A stretch of 64,000 nt of DNA from Eledone cirrhosa (Eukaryota): assembly GCA_964016885.1 (NCBI GenBank), contig OZ024747.1, positions 44,578,001-44,642,000 of the forward strand, read 5' to 3'. The position numbers were made by a program, and so were the translations under genes. Positions 25,389-39,554 of this stretch are shown in pieces. The notes under the pieces were generated by a model that saw only the letters and a program-made list of their open reading frames with translations, was not told the origin of the DNA and searched no databases. Position 1 is the stretch's first letter; every line of letters begins with the position of its first letter.

Positions 25389-28300
25389 AATTCTCCCAAT
25401 GCTCCTTAAGTCAACCAGTTGTTTCAAAGATTATATATTTCTTAAAGAAGATCTTAGAAAATCTGCACCATCTCCACCACCATCATCAAAAAGAAAATGA
25501 GAAAAAAAAAGACATGAAGAAGTTAGAGTATCTCAAATATTCTGGATGATTCCACGAGAGATTTGCAATATTTATTTAACTAACATGTTTGAAAAGGAAT
25601 TATTTTTTTTAATAATAAAATTTATATTGTATTCACAAAAGTAGTAACTTAAAATTATTATTTCATTACACTTTTTGAAAGAAAAAAATTGTTGAAATAG
25701 AAAAATGTTTTCTTATTTGAAAAAATACTTGAAAAGAAACCCTAGTTTATATATTGTTCTTTTAATCATAAAACTTCTATTTTACATTTTAGTTTTTATT
25801 TTTTCATTTTCGTGACTAGATTTATGACCAAAATAAATTTCTACCAAAAATAATTTTGCAAGGAGACAAATTTTGAACACTAAAACAAATTGTTCCTTTT
25901 AAAAATTTTAGGAAATAAAAACTACACTGAACATTATGTACATAAATATTTGTTATTTTCTTTTTTTTTAAATTACATAATTTCCTGTAACATTTTTTTA
26001 GATTACAAAACTAAATCTGACAGCTACATAAATAAGAAAATTTATTTACATATATTTCGTTCAATTAGGTTGGAGAGAGAAAAAAAATTGCTATTTTTTT
26101 CAGTTATTTATAATTTTGTTTATTTTGTTTCTGCAGGGATGGTGGGGGTGTAACAATAGAAATATTTCTGTGATTACTGTTCACAGAACATCAGTTCAGA
26201 TTTCTTCAAATATGTATCATTTCTTTTGTACTTCCTTCCAATCATTGTAGTCTCAGCAATGGTGGAATATTATATAACACTATTTGTTTATGGTGCTAGT
26301 GTTGGGGTCCATGATAAAATGCACTAGATAAACTCTGTAAAGTGGTTGGTAATCAAACAGAAACAATAAAGGTTAGAGAGGACTCAAGTCTTGATGAGTA
26401 CATGACAACCCCTCTAAAGCTGGTGTCATGATAAAATGCACCCAATGCACTATGTAAAGTGACTGGCATTAAAAAGGTCATCAAACCATAGAAATCATGC
26501 CAAAATATTGAAACATATAAGGCATAGTATCTGAACTGTCTTGTCTCATACTGTGATGGCCAGAATAGAAAGCAGATTTCAAATGGTGATGATGATGATT
26601 ATGATGAGTTACATTGTAGAAAAGTGAATGTGATGTTCATGTTTCTCTAATTGTAACTATGTCATTATTCATCCAGATAAGTCAAACAGGCTTCAAACAA
26701 TAAATCCACAACACCATGAACAGAAGCCAGCCATACATGACAATCACAGATGTCCGGTGTTGAGATGATCAACTTCAGGCAGGTATCATATATGTGAGGA
26801 CTATATATCAATTCAAGATCGAACTTGATCAGACTAAATCATGTTTTCAGTTATCTACCTTGTTGTTTATGCATTTCTGAGAGGGTCTCTGGTATAAATG
26901 TTTCAGAGAAGTTTGCTTCATTAATGTTGGAGTGTGTGGCTAAATCAATGTAACTGTATCATGGAGGTGTTTGCTTCATTAATGATGCAGTGTATGTCCA
27001 GATCAGTGCTACTGTATCATGGAGGAGGAGTTTGCTTCGTTAATGATGGAGTGTGTTCAATGCAAATATATAGCAATGTTATAATGTATATTTTAAGAAT
27101 TGAGTACTGAACCAAATGTGGAAAGGTGCTAAGAGCAGGTTCAGTAGACAGAGATTACAATAACAAGAGGATAATATTACCCACAAGACTCCTAACAATA
27201 TATGGCAATCAAATATTTGACCAAGACATAAATTAATTAGTTAGGCCAGGCTCCGACCCAGAAGATACTAGAGTTCTTGTTCCACAATTCTCTGCCCCTC
27301 ACACATTGTCATCTTCAGTTTCTGGATAGATACCAGGCCAGTAGCCTGCTTCAGATGACATAACATCATCCACACTTCTCTGTCCATCATTGCCATCTTC
27401 AGTTGCTGGATAGATTCCATCAAGGGTCGCATGTAGCATCCTTAGTGTAGTAACCACAAAGAGTCAGATGTAGTATTTTGTGGCAACTCTCAAGTGTCAT
27501 ATGTAGCATCCTTTGTGTAACAACCATCAAATCATGTCAGTGAAGAGCATAGTGATAATTACAAACACAGTCATAAGAGCTGTATGAATGGCAGCTAGTG
27601 TTGAGTCTGATCACAACCCTGACTCCCATCAAGCAACAATATTTTTAATTCAACTTTTTTGTGAGTAAAAAAAATCTAAAGCTATATTGAAGACATTGCT
27701 TACAATGCAGGATAGTACTTAGCAAGAACTTGTTAATACTCCTGCTGGATATAATGAAGGATATCTTGGAATGTGGTTTACACATATATAAAGAAGGCAT
27801 AACAAAGAATCAAGCTAATAATAGGAGCAATTGAGAATGGTTGACTTGATTCACCTATTTAACCTATCACAACATATAAAAATTGATATGATGATATGAA
27901 AGGAATCAAATAGAATTTGAAAATAAGTACTTTAATAGAAGAACAACAAACAAAAACTTTCCGCTGTTTAGCTATATTGTATCACAATTATATTTTTAAT
28001 AACAAACAAAATCTATAGTGGCATCATAATTTAAGCCAATAAAAGTACAAAAAGGCCTTAATAGCTTATAAATAAATAAATTCAAAAGTTTTAAGCAATA
28101 AAATTTCTTTATTGCACATAAAACACTATCACTAATGAATTGTTTTTTTAATAAAAACAAAACAAACGGATGCTGGTGTATTATTCATCAAAAAGTATAT
28201 TTTGCAAATGAATATTCAGTATTGACTGAAAGGCAATTTGAAATATAAGTGAGAAGATGTTTTGGGGCATAAAATATTTCAGAACTGCTCACCCATCTAA

Positions 28301-28656
28301 ATAATGTTAAATTAAGGAATTTTAATATTCAATTAGTATATGAATCTATCAGCCTAGATGTAGAACCTACATTAATATACAAAGAAATTATAGACAATTT
28401 GAGCTTGTTTAAGATATATTTCACTTATTTCAAATGTTATTTCATAGATTAAAATTGAAATGCTCTCCAAAAAATTCCCTTACAAGTAAGACCTGATTAA
28501 TTTATATCACTAAAACCTAAATATTGGAAAGAAGAAAAATATTCTAAAATTTCAGTTTTTGCCAATAAGGACGAAATCTCTTGATACTATTTTTAACCAA
28601 AATATTTTATTAATAAGTTAACAACTAAGCTTAAACAAAATTATTATCAGGAAAGG

Positions 28657-29046
28657 TACGAGGGCAATCCCAAAAGTAAAGTCTCCTTCCGATATTGAAA
28701 CTTTTCCGTTAAAATCCTGTGGATGGTGCTTCGGGAAACCTCAGGAACCAAAATGCAGAGAGCATCCAGAGTGATCCGCTGACCTTTACGCATGTTTTCC
28801 TCGGAAGGAGACCTTACTTTTGGGATTGCCCTCATATAATAACTGCGTGAAATTCGCACTCGGCAGTAGCGTTCAACGGGAGCTCCATTCTCAATGGCTG
28901 CCAAGCCAAAATTGAGCATCCCAGTGAAGCGTGCGCATGCTTGTTTGGGAGTGGCACCAATCATAACTGTGTTGCCAACAGTCGTACAAACAGTTTCTCT
29001 GCTTCCCCATCGCTTTGGAGACCTTACTTTTGGGATTACCCTCGTA
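28657..29046 (-). mobile_element. Internally deleted Tc1/mariner element with an extra internal TIR
   Basis: TA-CGAGGGCAATCCCAAAAGTAAAGTCTCC ... GGAGACCTTACTTTTGGGATTACCCTCG-TA; third TIR at about 28807-28836; minus-strand peptides MELPLNATAECEFHAVI and RITLDAL...VSRSTIHRILTEKFQYRK resemble the mariner transposase N-terminal/HTH region. Confidence 0.85.
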
Positions 29047-29346
29047 CATCCCATGGAGATTTGTGGCTCTCAATAATAGTAATATTAAATTTGATATAAT
29101 CACACACTTAATATTTCAAAAAAGATTTTGTTCTTCTAATCTAATTTCTCTTGTGCCTTATTAGAAATAGCCTCTCTTTTTTTAGCCAGGCAATTATAAG
29201 CATATACAAATTTAGATATTACATTTTTTAGGAGTGAAATAGGAAAGACTATAAACAAGTAGAATTACACAGTAATTATATTACAAAACAATATATATCT
29301 CATTAACAGATTATTCTTAAAATTATTAAAAAAACACAGCACATTA

Positions 29347-30085
29347 AATAATTGTTTCTACTTTAGGCACAAGGCCAGCAATTACCCAGTGCATTACTGG
29401 TACTTTATTTTATCGACCCCGTAAGGATGAAAGGGAAAGTCAACCTCGGCGGGATTTGAACTCAGATCGTAAAGGGACATTAAATAATATAATTCAGTTG
29501 GTGGAGTAAAAATTAATTAAAATTCTGTTTAATTAATAAATTCAACAAGATGGTATAATAATTATCATCATCATCATCTATACACTGTGTACATTAATTC
29601 AGAAAATTCAATTTTCTGTTACAAAATTTTGCAGATAGCAAAAATATATCACAACTTAAGTCCTATTTCTAACAAGTGTAGTAATCAATAATAATAATAA
29701 TAATAATAATAATTGTTTCTACTTTTGGCACAAGGCCAGCAATCACCCAGTGCATTACTGGTACTTTATTTTATCGACTCCGTAAGGATGAAAGGCAAAG
29801 TTGACCTCGGCAGGATTTGAACTCAGACCATAAAGGGCCGTAACTCTATGCTGCAAAGCATGCCATCCGACCATCTGCCGATACTGCCAATCCAATAATA
29901 ATAATAATAATAATAATGATTTCTACTTTAGGCACAAGGCCAGCAATTTGGGGAGAGGGGGGAAAATCGATTAAAACGGCCCCAGTTCCTTACTGGTGCT
30001 TTATTTATAGACCCCGTAAGTATGAAAGGTAAAGCTAACTTAGGCAGGATTTGAATGCAGAATGTAAAGGGCCATAAATCTATGG
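29347..30085 (-). mobile_element. Cluster of three SINE family A copies (about 29347-29478, 29706-29895, 29913-30085) in (TAA)n
   Basis: Family consensus matches; the first is 5'-truncated with TSD ACATTAAATAAT. Confidence 0.8.
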
Positions 30086-30104
30086 TGGCCCTTCAATAAT
30101 AATA

Positions 30105-30440
30105 ATATGGAGAAAAAGGTTGGTTATGGATGGCTAAAAGTGATCTAAGACCGAAAACAGAAGCCTTAATCTGTGCTGTTTAAGAACAAGCACTAGAGTA
30201 GGCCACACAGCAGAAAGTGGTAAGTGTAGAATTTGTGGCATGAATGGAGAAACTGTATGGCATATTATCAGTCAATGCACACCAATAGCTCAGAAAGAAT
30301 ATAAGAGACATCATGACAACATAGCAAGGATAGTCCATTGGTCACTTTGGGGCAAATATGCACTTGACAGAGCAGAAAAGTGGTACGAACATAACCCTGG
30401 GGGCGTTATCGAAAATGATGATGCATGTAAAAGTCCATAA
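30105..30440 (+). mobile_element. Degenerate R4/Dong-type RLE retrotransposon fragment (zinc-knuckle region)
   Basis: CRICGMNGETVWHIISQC (CCHC) followed by YKRHHDNIARIVHW (RHD-type motif); upstream TEALICAV*EQAL; lies next to (TAA)n. Confidence 0.75.
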
Positions 30441-31215
30441 CTAAAGACTACAAATAAATGTCCACCACTCTACCACACTACAGATTTTTCCAATAATAGT
30501 TGGCATTGATTTGTGACATAGGGAACAAGACCTTAAATGTAGGAGGGGAGGGGGATATGAACCATTAAATCAATCCAACACTTGACTGCTACTTATTTGA
30601 TTGATGCTCAGGAGGAAAGAATAAAAAACTAATTCTACCTAAGTGGGAGTTGAACCCAGAAACTAAAAAAAACAAATTTCACAGGATGTATGCCATTCTG
30701 AGTCGTTAGAACATCGGATAGAATGCTCTATGATATTCATTCTGGCTCTCTCTTCTTTGAGTTCAAATCCTGCCAGGTCAACTTTGCCTTTTACCTTTTC
30801 GGGGTTGAAAAGAAAAAAGTACCAGTCTAGTACAGGGGTCGATTCTTCCTCTCTAAGGAAGACATCTGTTGTACTCAGGCCTGGAGAGGGATGGGTTCCA
30901 CTAGGCTTAAAATGCCCAAGACATGCTGTATGTCGATATGGTGCTCCTACGACTCTATCAGGAGTTATGAGACCATACACACACATGCCATTCAACCAAT
31001 TCTACCAATAAAACAAATTGTTTCTAATTTGGCCACAAAACCAGCGATTTGAGAGGGGAAATTCAGTTAAAACAACATTTTATCAAAGCAAAAGGATGTA
31101 AAATAGAATTAACCTCAGCAGGATTTGAACACAAATAACTCAAGACATGTCACCCAATACTCTAACAATTTGCCACATTATTTGGCCAAAGGATAATGGT
31201 AATAATGTACAGATT

Positions 31216-31770
31216 CTAAAGTTGTAACGGAATATTTGTATGGTTGTCCTCAAGATTAGGAAAAACAGACGTCCGTAACTCAGTAATTGACTTAACGCAT
31301 CTGCAAATCCCTGTGAGGTCCGCTGTACCATCTCCGTCGAGTGGGACTTTGCCATCTCCCAACAACAAAATGGCAGCAGCAAAACCCGCTGATGTCTCAT
31401 CACCTTGCAGTTGTGCTCTCATGTTTGTTGTAAGCGTCAGCTTTCTTACATAACGCCAAAGTGGGGAGGCCTTAAGGCATGCACCAACCTCATCAGCCCG
31501 CGTACCTTTTGGGATTACAGGCAGAATCTGTCGGAAGTCCCCAGATAACAGGAAAGTGACACCTCCCATTGGTTCTTGACAGTCCCTGATGTCTGAGTGA
31601 CCGGTCTAATGCCTCGAAAGCCGCCCTGTGGGCCATTGTGCATTCGTCCCAAACAATTAGTAGGCAGCACTTTAACACCAGCGCTTTTCCGGAAGACTTG
31701 CTGATTTTGCTCGTGGGTGTCTCAGATGATGCCACGTTGAGAGGAAGACTGAAGGCAGAATAATGTGCCA
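31216..31770 (-). mobile_element. Helitron RepHel PIF1-family helicase fragment (frameshifted)
   Basis: IVWDECTMAH (Walker B), GGVTFLLSGDFRQILPV (motif III), LTTNMR: characteristic of Helitron PIF1 helicases; split between ORFs 31493-31771 and 31216-31569. Confidence 0.85.
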
Positions 31771-32974
31771 CATAACAGATCTTTTATCCTTTTTTGCACA
31801 GTTATACTAGGAATGATAAGACACCAGTGTGTTCACTGAATCGCCCAGTACTCTCTGTAAAGTGGATGTATTGGTGCCTCAATAAATCACATCCAACCCA
31901 CTCTCTAAAGTGGTAGTGCTGATGCCACAATAAAAAAACAATCAGTCTAACCTGTAAGTTGATAGTGCTGATGCCACAATAAAATGCTCCCATTACATAC
32001 TGTAAAAAGGTTGGTGTTATGAAAAGCATCTAACTATAGAAACTAAGGCCAAAACTGAACATATGTACAAGATGCAGTCACCTGACCAGTCTATGCTCAG
32101 AATATTACAACACGTCTAACCCATGCAAGCATGGGAAAATAGACATTAAACAGTGATGATGATGATGAAATACATGTGTATAAAGATGGCCTTCTATACT
32201 AATATTTTGTGAGATGTTCTTTTAAGAAAAGTTACAAATTTTCTAAAAAGTTCTTCTCTCCACGAAAAAATCAGATGTTTTGTTGTCCAAAATTATCCAA
32301 AATAATGTTTAATTTGATATATTAATTAAAGTGTTTGCAGTGGTTTTTATATAGGGATTTTAATGAAACAAAAGAGAATATTTAGGCCCATATTTATAGA
32401 CTGTTCAGATTTTTCAGAACAGGTTTTTTTAGTCATGCTTTATACATTAAAGGCCAATAAATAGAGTAAAAATTATAATATAATTAATTTAGAAAAGGAA
32501 ACATCGTATTTAATAGAAAATTAATGAGCTTTTATACAAAAGTCAGAGGGAAAAGGAATTCATAATACCATAAACGATACTGTTTGAATAATTATAGGAA
32601 ATCTTATACTCACAAGCCCCATACAGACAGACACAGATGAGTCTGCACATATACACACGCACTACATAGAGTATATATTCTCTAGCAATTAATAAAATGT
32701 TCCTTAACCCCAATTAACATAATAGGTTTGTTGTTAACATTAGTTAAGTCAAGCAAAAAGTTTAATGAGTTAATGAAACAATTATAATGATCAGATTCAA
32801 AATGAGATCACTTTGAAACAAAACAAGTAATAGAATAATCCAATAGTAATATATTAGTCTATTATCATTTTCATTTTCTTCGTCTTAGCCATGTCGTCTT
32901 CAGAAACATCCATGGGAACACATCAACAAAATATATTATATATACATTATATATATGTATATATACATATATAT

Positions 32975-34500
32975 CATCATCATCATCATCATCACAGTTT
33001 TACGTCCGTTCTTCCACGCTAGCATGGGTTAGACGGGTCATCCTGTTGTGGGCAGTGTCTGGTCAGCTGACCATGCCTTGCTCATACAGGAACTGATTTG
33101 GCTTGATTTCTACAGCTGGATGCCCTTCCTAACACCAACCTCATTTACAGTGAGTGCTGGGTGCTTTTTTTGTGGTGCCTACACGTCCACTTTACAGTGT
33201 GGGCTGGGTGCTTTTTTGCCGTGGCACCTCCACGACTGCCTTGCAGTGGGGGGGGGGGGTCTGGGGGCATATTGTCTATATGCTTCAGCTTGTACCCATG
33301 GGAGGACGGGTACTCTGTATTACTGTGTGATGCCAGAGGTCACGGTCATGTGTCATTGCCTTTGAGAGGTGTAATTGGGTAAGGTCGGCTTTTATCACCT
33401 CATCCCAGGTCATCTTGGGTCTCCCCACTCCGCGGTTTCCATCGACTTCTAGTGCTCTGCACCTTTTTATGTAGCTGTCATCCTTCATACGCATCACATG
33501 TCCATACCAACGCAACCGCCTCTCCAGCACACAGCATTTGATTCCTCTTATGCTCAGTCTCTCTCTCAATTCATTTATGCTTTGTCGTTCGCGTATATTA
33601 CACATCCATTGGAGCATGCAGGCTTCGTTTCTCTCTAATCTACGTAAGTCTTCCACCTTCAGCGCCCAGGTCTCACTACCATGCAACATCGCTGTTCGGA
33701 TACACGCATCATACAGTCTGCCTTTAATTTTGAGGGAGAAGCCTTTTGCAGCTAGCAGTGGTAGTAGTTCCCTAAACTTCTTCCATCCCGTTCTTACCCT
33801 AGTTATTGTACTTTCTGAACACCCACCTCCGCTGCTAATTCGGTCACCTAGGTAGCAGAAGCTGTCTACTGTTTCTACAGAGCCCTCCCAGAGATTGGTG
33901 GTACTTGTTACCTGTGGCTGTTTGCTGCTTGCTGTCCCAGCACAGCTGCTGCATGTGAAGCCTACATTCTTAATTAAGCTTCCTGAGATCCCGCTACATC
34001 TCTTGTGTACCCATTGTTTGCATTTGGGGTAGAGAATGGAGTTCCTACCTACACCTTTCCTACATACTGAGCAAGGCTATTTCCCTGAGGGGATCTAGGT
34101 TCTGTTTTCTCATCTACTTACAAGGACCTTACTCTTTGTCATGTTGACTTTGAGACCCTTTCTTTCTAGTCCCTGCTTCCAAGTTTGGAATTTCTTCTCT
34201 AGTTCTACCATAGATTCAGCTATAAGTGCGAGGTCATCAGCATACAGGAGTTCCCATGGGCATCCGGTCTTAAACTCCTCCGTTATTGCCTGCAGGACTA
34301 TGATAAACAGGAGGGGCTAAGAACAGAGCCCTGGTGGACCCCAACCTGTACGCTAAATTCCTCGCTATACTCATTGCTAATCCTAACTTTGCTGACTGCT
34401 CCTCTATACATGGCTTGAACCACTTTCACAAGCCATTGATCTACTCCTAGTTTTCTAAAAGCTCACCAGATTACAGCACGTGGAACTCTGTCAAAGGCTT
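32975..34500 (-). mobile_element. 5'-truncated RTE-clade LINE (family R1): RT C-terminal half, Cys-rich insert, C-terminal domain, 3' UTR
   Basis: Minus strand KAFDRVPR, GVHQGSVL, PWELLYADDL, then HGSETW...RLRWYGHVMR; internal stops; (GAT)n tail. Confidence 0.9.
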
Positions 34501-34609
34501 TGTATACATATATACATATGTATATAATATATATTCAGTGGTGACAGTCTGCAAACTTGACTGTCACCAGTGAAATAGTATGGTAGAATATTAAATGTTA
34601 AGTGTTAAT

Positions 34610-34648
34610 TGAACAACTACTTTCATGCTTTCGCAATCTTCAGGTTCA
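34610..34648 (-). ncRNA. Degenerate minimal type-I hammerhead ribozyme
   Basis: Minus strand TGAAC-CTGAAGA-TTGC(GAAA)GCAT-GAAA-GTAGTT-GTTCA; stem I is 5 bp; stems II and III each carry a mismatch; embedded in nested inverted repeats 34534-34676. Confidence 0.45.
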
Positions 34649-34837
34649 TATTGAGTGGTGACAGTCAAGTTTGCAATTTTCAACTGTTGAAATTTATAAT
34701 ATCATTATAATTTTAAAGGATTGTAAATAAAACGAGTAAATCAGACAAAGTTGGAATTCCTTTTATTAATATATATGTATATATATATTAATTATATTTT
34801 TATTTTATTTCCAACAAATTAAATATCCCTTCTACTT

Positions 34838-35527
<690 letters not shown>

Positions 35528-35543
35528 ATCAGGTATATATATC

Positions 35544-36692
35544 CTGATGCTGAGGAGGATATTAGAGGGAGCTAGAGCAAAGTGCCTTCCTGCGGTCATG
35601 GTTTTCATTGACTTTAGGAAGGCCTTTGATTCTGTGGACCGTTACTGCCTGATGAAGATCTTACAGGCTTATGGAATCCCCAAGAGGATAGTGGACCTGA
35701 TATCACTGCTCTACACCAACACCAAAGCCCAAGTCATTACACCTGATGGGATGACAGAGTTCTTTGAGATACTGGCTGGAGTGCTCCAGGGAGATACATT
35801 GGCTCCCTACCTTTTTATCATCGTAGTGGACTATTGTATGCGCCTTGCACTGGAGAAACACCAGGACTCTGGCTTTACTGTAGCACCGGCTCAGAGCAGG
35901 AGAGTTGGGGCGAAAAAGGTATCGGATGCTGAATTTGCCGACGACATAGTTTTGGTGACAAATACAGTGAAGGAGGCAGAGGATTTGATGCGGGAGGTTG
36001 AGACTGTGTCGATGAGTGTGGGGCTGAGAATGAATGAGACTAAAACAAAATATCTGGTAGAGAATGTTGAGAAGCCAGAGGGGATCACTAATGTAGGCGG
36101 GAAGCCGCTGGAATTGGTTGAGGACTTCCTGTATTTGGGAGCAAAGATTGGGAATACGGAAGATGATGTGGTTGAGAGGAAGAGCAAGGCCTGGGCAGCG
36201 TGCCACAGCTTGAGATCGGTGTGGAAGTCGGACCTTCGTAGAGACCTGAAAGTCCGCCTCTTCATTGCTGTAGTGGAGTCTGTGCTGCTGTATGGGTCTG
36301 AGACTTGGACACTGACCAAGAGACTCACTCAGATGGTGGATGGGTGCTACACGAGAATGCTGAGGATGGCTCTGAACATTAATCAGTATACACTGAGGAT
36401 GAAAAACTCAGAGCTGTATGGGAGCCTCCCAAAAGTCAGCTCAAAAGTGACACAGAGGAGACTGAGGTTGGCTGGACATGCTCACCGACATCCAGAGTTG
36501 ACATTGCACTCCGTGCTCCTTTGGGAGCCCCTACATGGACACACTGGAAGAGGAAGACCAAGGTTAACATATGTTGATGCCCTAAGGACAGACACTGGTC
36601 TGTTGGAGACGCAGGACATGGCAGCGATAATGAGGGACAGAGACCGCTGGAGAGAACTCGTCCATGGATCTCGGGAATTTTACCCGCCTTAG
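35544..36692 (+). mobile_element. 5'-truncated RTE-like LINE (family R2) with an uninterrupted RT/C-terminal reading frame
   Basis: [58 protein letters not shown]; about 380 open codons; stop codon directly followed by (TA)n. Confidence 0.92.
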
Positions 36693-37631
<939 letters not shown>

Positions 37632-38343
37632 AGTAGCAGCAAGTGCCCACAAAATAGTAACTCATTCCATTGCACAGATGGTTCTATAGAAATAGTGGAC
37701 AGCTTCCGTTACCTGGGTGATAAAATCAGCAGTGGGGGAGGGTGCTCTGAAAGTACAGTAGCTAGAGTCAGAACGGGATGGAAAAAGTTCAGAGAGCTTA
37801 TACCACTATTGGCCGCTAAAGGGTTCTCTCTAAAAATGAAAGGCAGGCTGTATGATGCCTGCATACGAACAGCAATGTTACATGGCAGTGAGACCTGGGT
37901 ATGGTGTGCAGAGGATATATGCAGACTGGAGGAAAACGAAGCTTGCATGCTCCGCTGGATGTGTAATAGTAATATACGTGAACGGCAAAGCATAAACGAA
38001 CTACGGGAGAAATTAGAAATAAGAGGGATCAGATGTTGTTTACTCGAGGGAAGACTATGTTGGTATGGTCACGTGATGCGCATGAAAGACGACAGCTGTA
38101 TAAAAAAGTGCAGGGCAATAAAGATAGACGGTAGCCACGGAGTAGGCAGACCCAGAAAAACCTGGGACGACTTCATAAATTCCAACCTCACACACTTACA
38201 CCTCTCCAAGACAATGTCACTGAACCGAGAGCTTTAGCGCTACACAGTAATAGAGAAGACCCGCCTTACCTAAGTACAAAGTGAAACCTACTCTAGTTAG
38301 TAGGCACCTCTAACAAAATACACCCCCGTCCCACTACCCACAC

Positions 38344-38345
<2 letters not shown>
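37632..38345 (+). mobile_element. RTE-clade LINE fragment (R1-related subfamily)
   Basis: ORF 37695-38237: DSFRYLGD...HGSETW...WYGHVMR...GRPRKTW. Confidence 0.88.
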
Positions 38346-38383
<38 letters not shown>

Positions 38384-38461
38384 GTATATATATATATACG
38401 TATATATATATATAGGTATATATATCTATATATATATTTATATATATATATATATATATAT

Positions 38462-38658
38462 ATAGGAACCAGTAAGACCCCGACGGCTGAGCTCAAGCCG
38501 TTTCGACAGCTAATTCTGGACTCCAGAATTAGCCGTCGAAACGGCTTGAGCTCAGCCGTCGGGGTCTTACTGGTTCCTATTATCCACTCTACTACCCTAA
38601 GTATTGAGTACTTTGGTGCGTTATGGCCCACCTGGTTCCTTACCACATTTCCTTCGTT
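38462..38658. mobile_element. Fold-back element with 59-bp palindromic arms and a half hammerhead (Penelope-like pLTR remnant?)
   Basis: 38462-38520 is the reverse complement of 38522-38580 with one mismatch; a rearranged related copy lies at 62668-62813. Confidence 0.6.
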
Positions 38659-38682
38659 ATATATATATATATATATAGGGTG

Positions 38683-38965
38683 TGGAGGCACGTGGCCTAG
38701 TGGTAAGAGCGTTGGACTTACGATCATAATGTCGTGGGTTCGATTCTTGTGTTGCGTGTTGTGTTCTTGAGCAAAACACTTCATTTCACGTTGTTGCAGT
38801 ATACTCAGCTGAAAATGAGTACCAGCAACAGCTGGAGGTTTAACCCGGTGATGGACTGGCGTCCTGTCCAGGGGAGACATGTACTCTCAGTCGCTTCACA
38901 CCATGAAACCGCGATAAGCACCGGCCAAATGAGCCTTCTGGCTTAAGTCAGAGTGTAGACTTTTA
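38683..38965 (+). mobile_element. CORE-type tRNA-derived SINE (family B, tail 1)
   Basis: A box TGGCCTAGTGG, B box GGTTCGATTC, CORE-like TGTTCTTGAGCAAAACACTT, then GATGGACTGGCGTCCTGTCCAGGGG and AGTCGCTTCA..GAAACC. Confidence 0.85.
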
Positions 38966-39138
38966 GATATATATATATATGTATATATGTATATATACAT
39001 ACATATATATATATACACATATGTATATATACATACATATATATATATATACATATGTATATATATACACATACATACATATATATATATACATATGTAT
39101 ATATACATACATATATATATATACATATGTATATATAT

Positions 39139-39211
<73 letters not shown>

Positions 39212-39302
39212 CATACATACATACATATACATACATATATATATATATATACATACATATATATATGCATATGTACATATATATATATATATATATACAT
39301 AC

Positions 39303-39339
<37 letters not shown>

Positions 39340-39382
39340 CATATATACATACATATATATATATATATATATGTATATGTAC

Positions 39383-39420
<38 letters not shown>

Positions 39421-39485
39421 GTACATATATATACATATATATATATACATATATATATACATACATAGATATATATATACATATA

Positions 39486-39550
<65 letters not shown>
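38966..39550. repeat. (TA)/(TACA) compound microsatellite
   Basis: Directly visible. Confidence 0.95.

Positions 39551-39551
<1 letters not shown>

Positions 39552-39554
<3 letters not shown>

Noticed and set aside
32870-32915. Minus-strand CTGAAGA...GAAA hammerhead candidate
   Set aside because: Stems II and III do not pair convincingly.
38683-38760. tRNA gene
   Set aside because: A and B boxes are present but there is no complete cloverleaf, and the sequence continues into a CORE-like SINE body. The same holds for family A heads.
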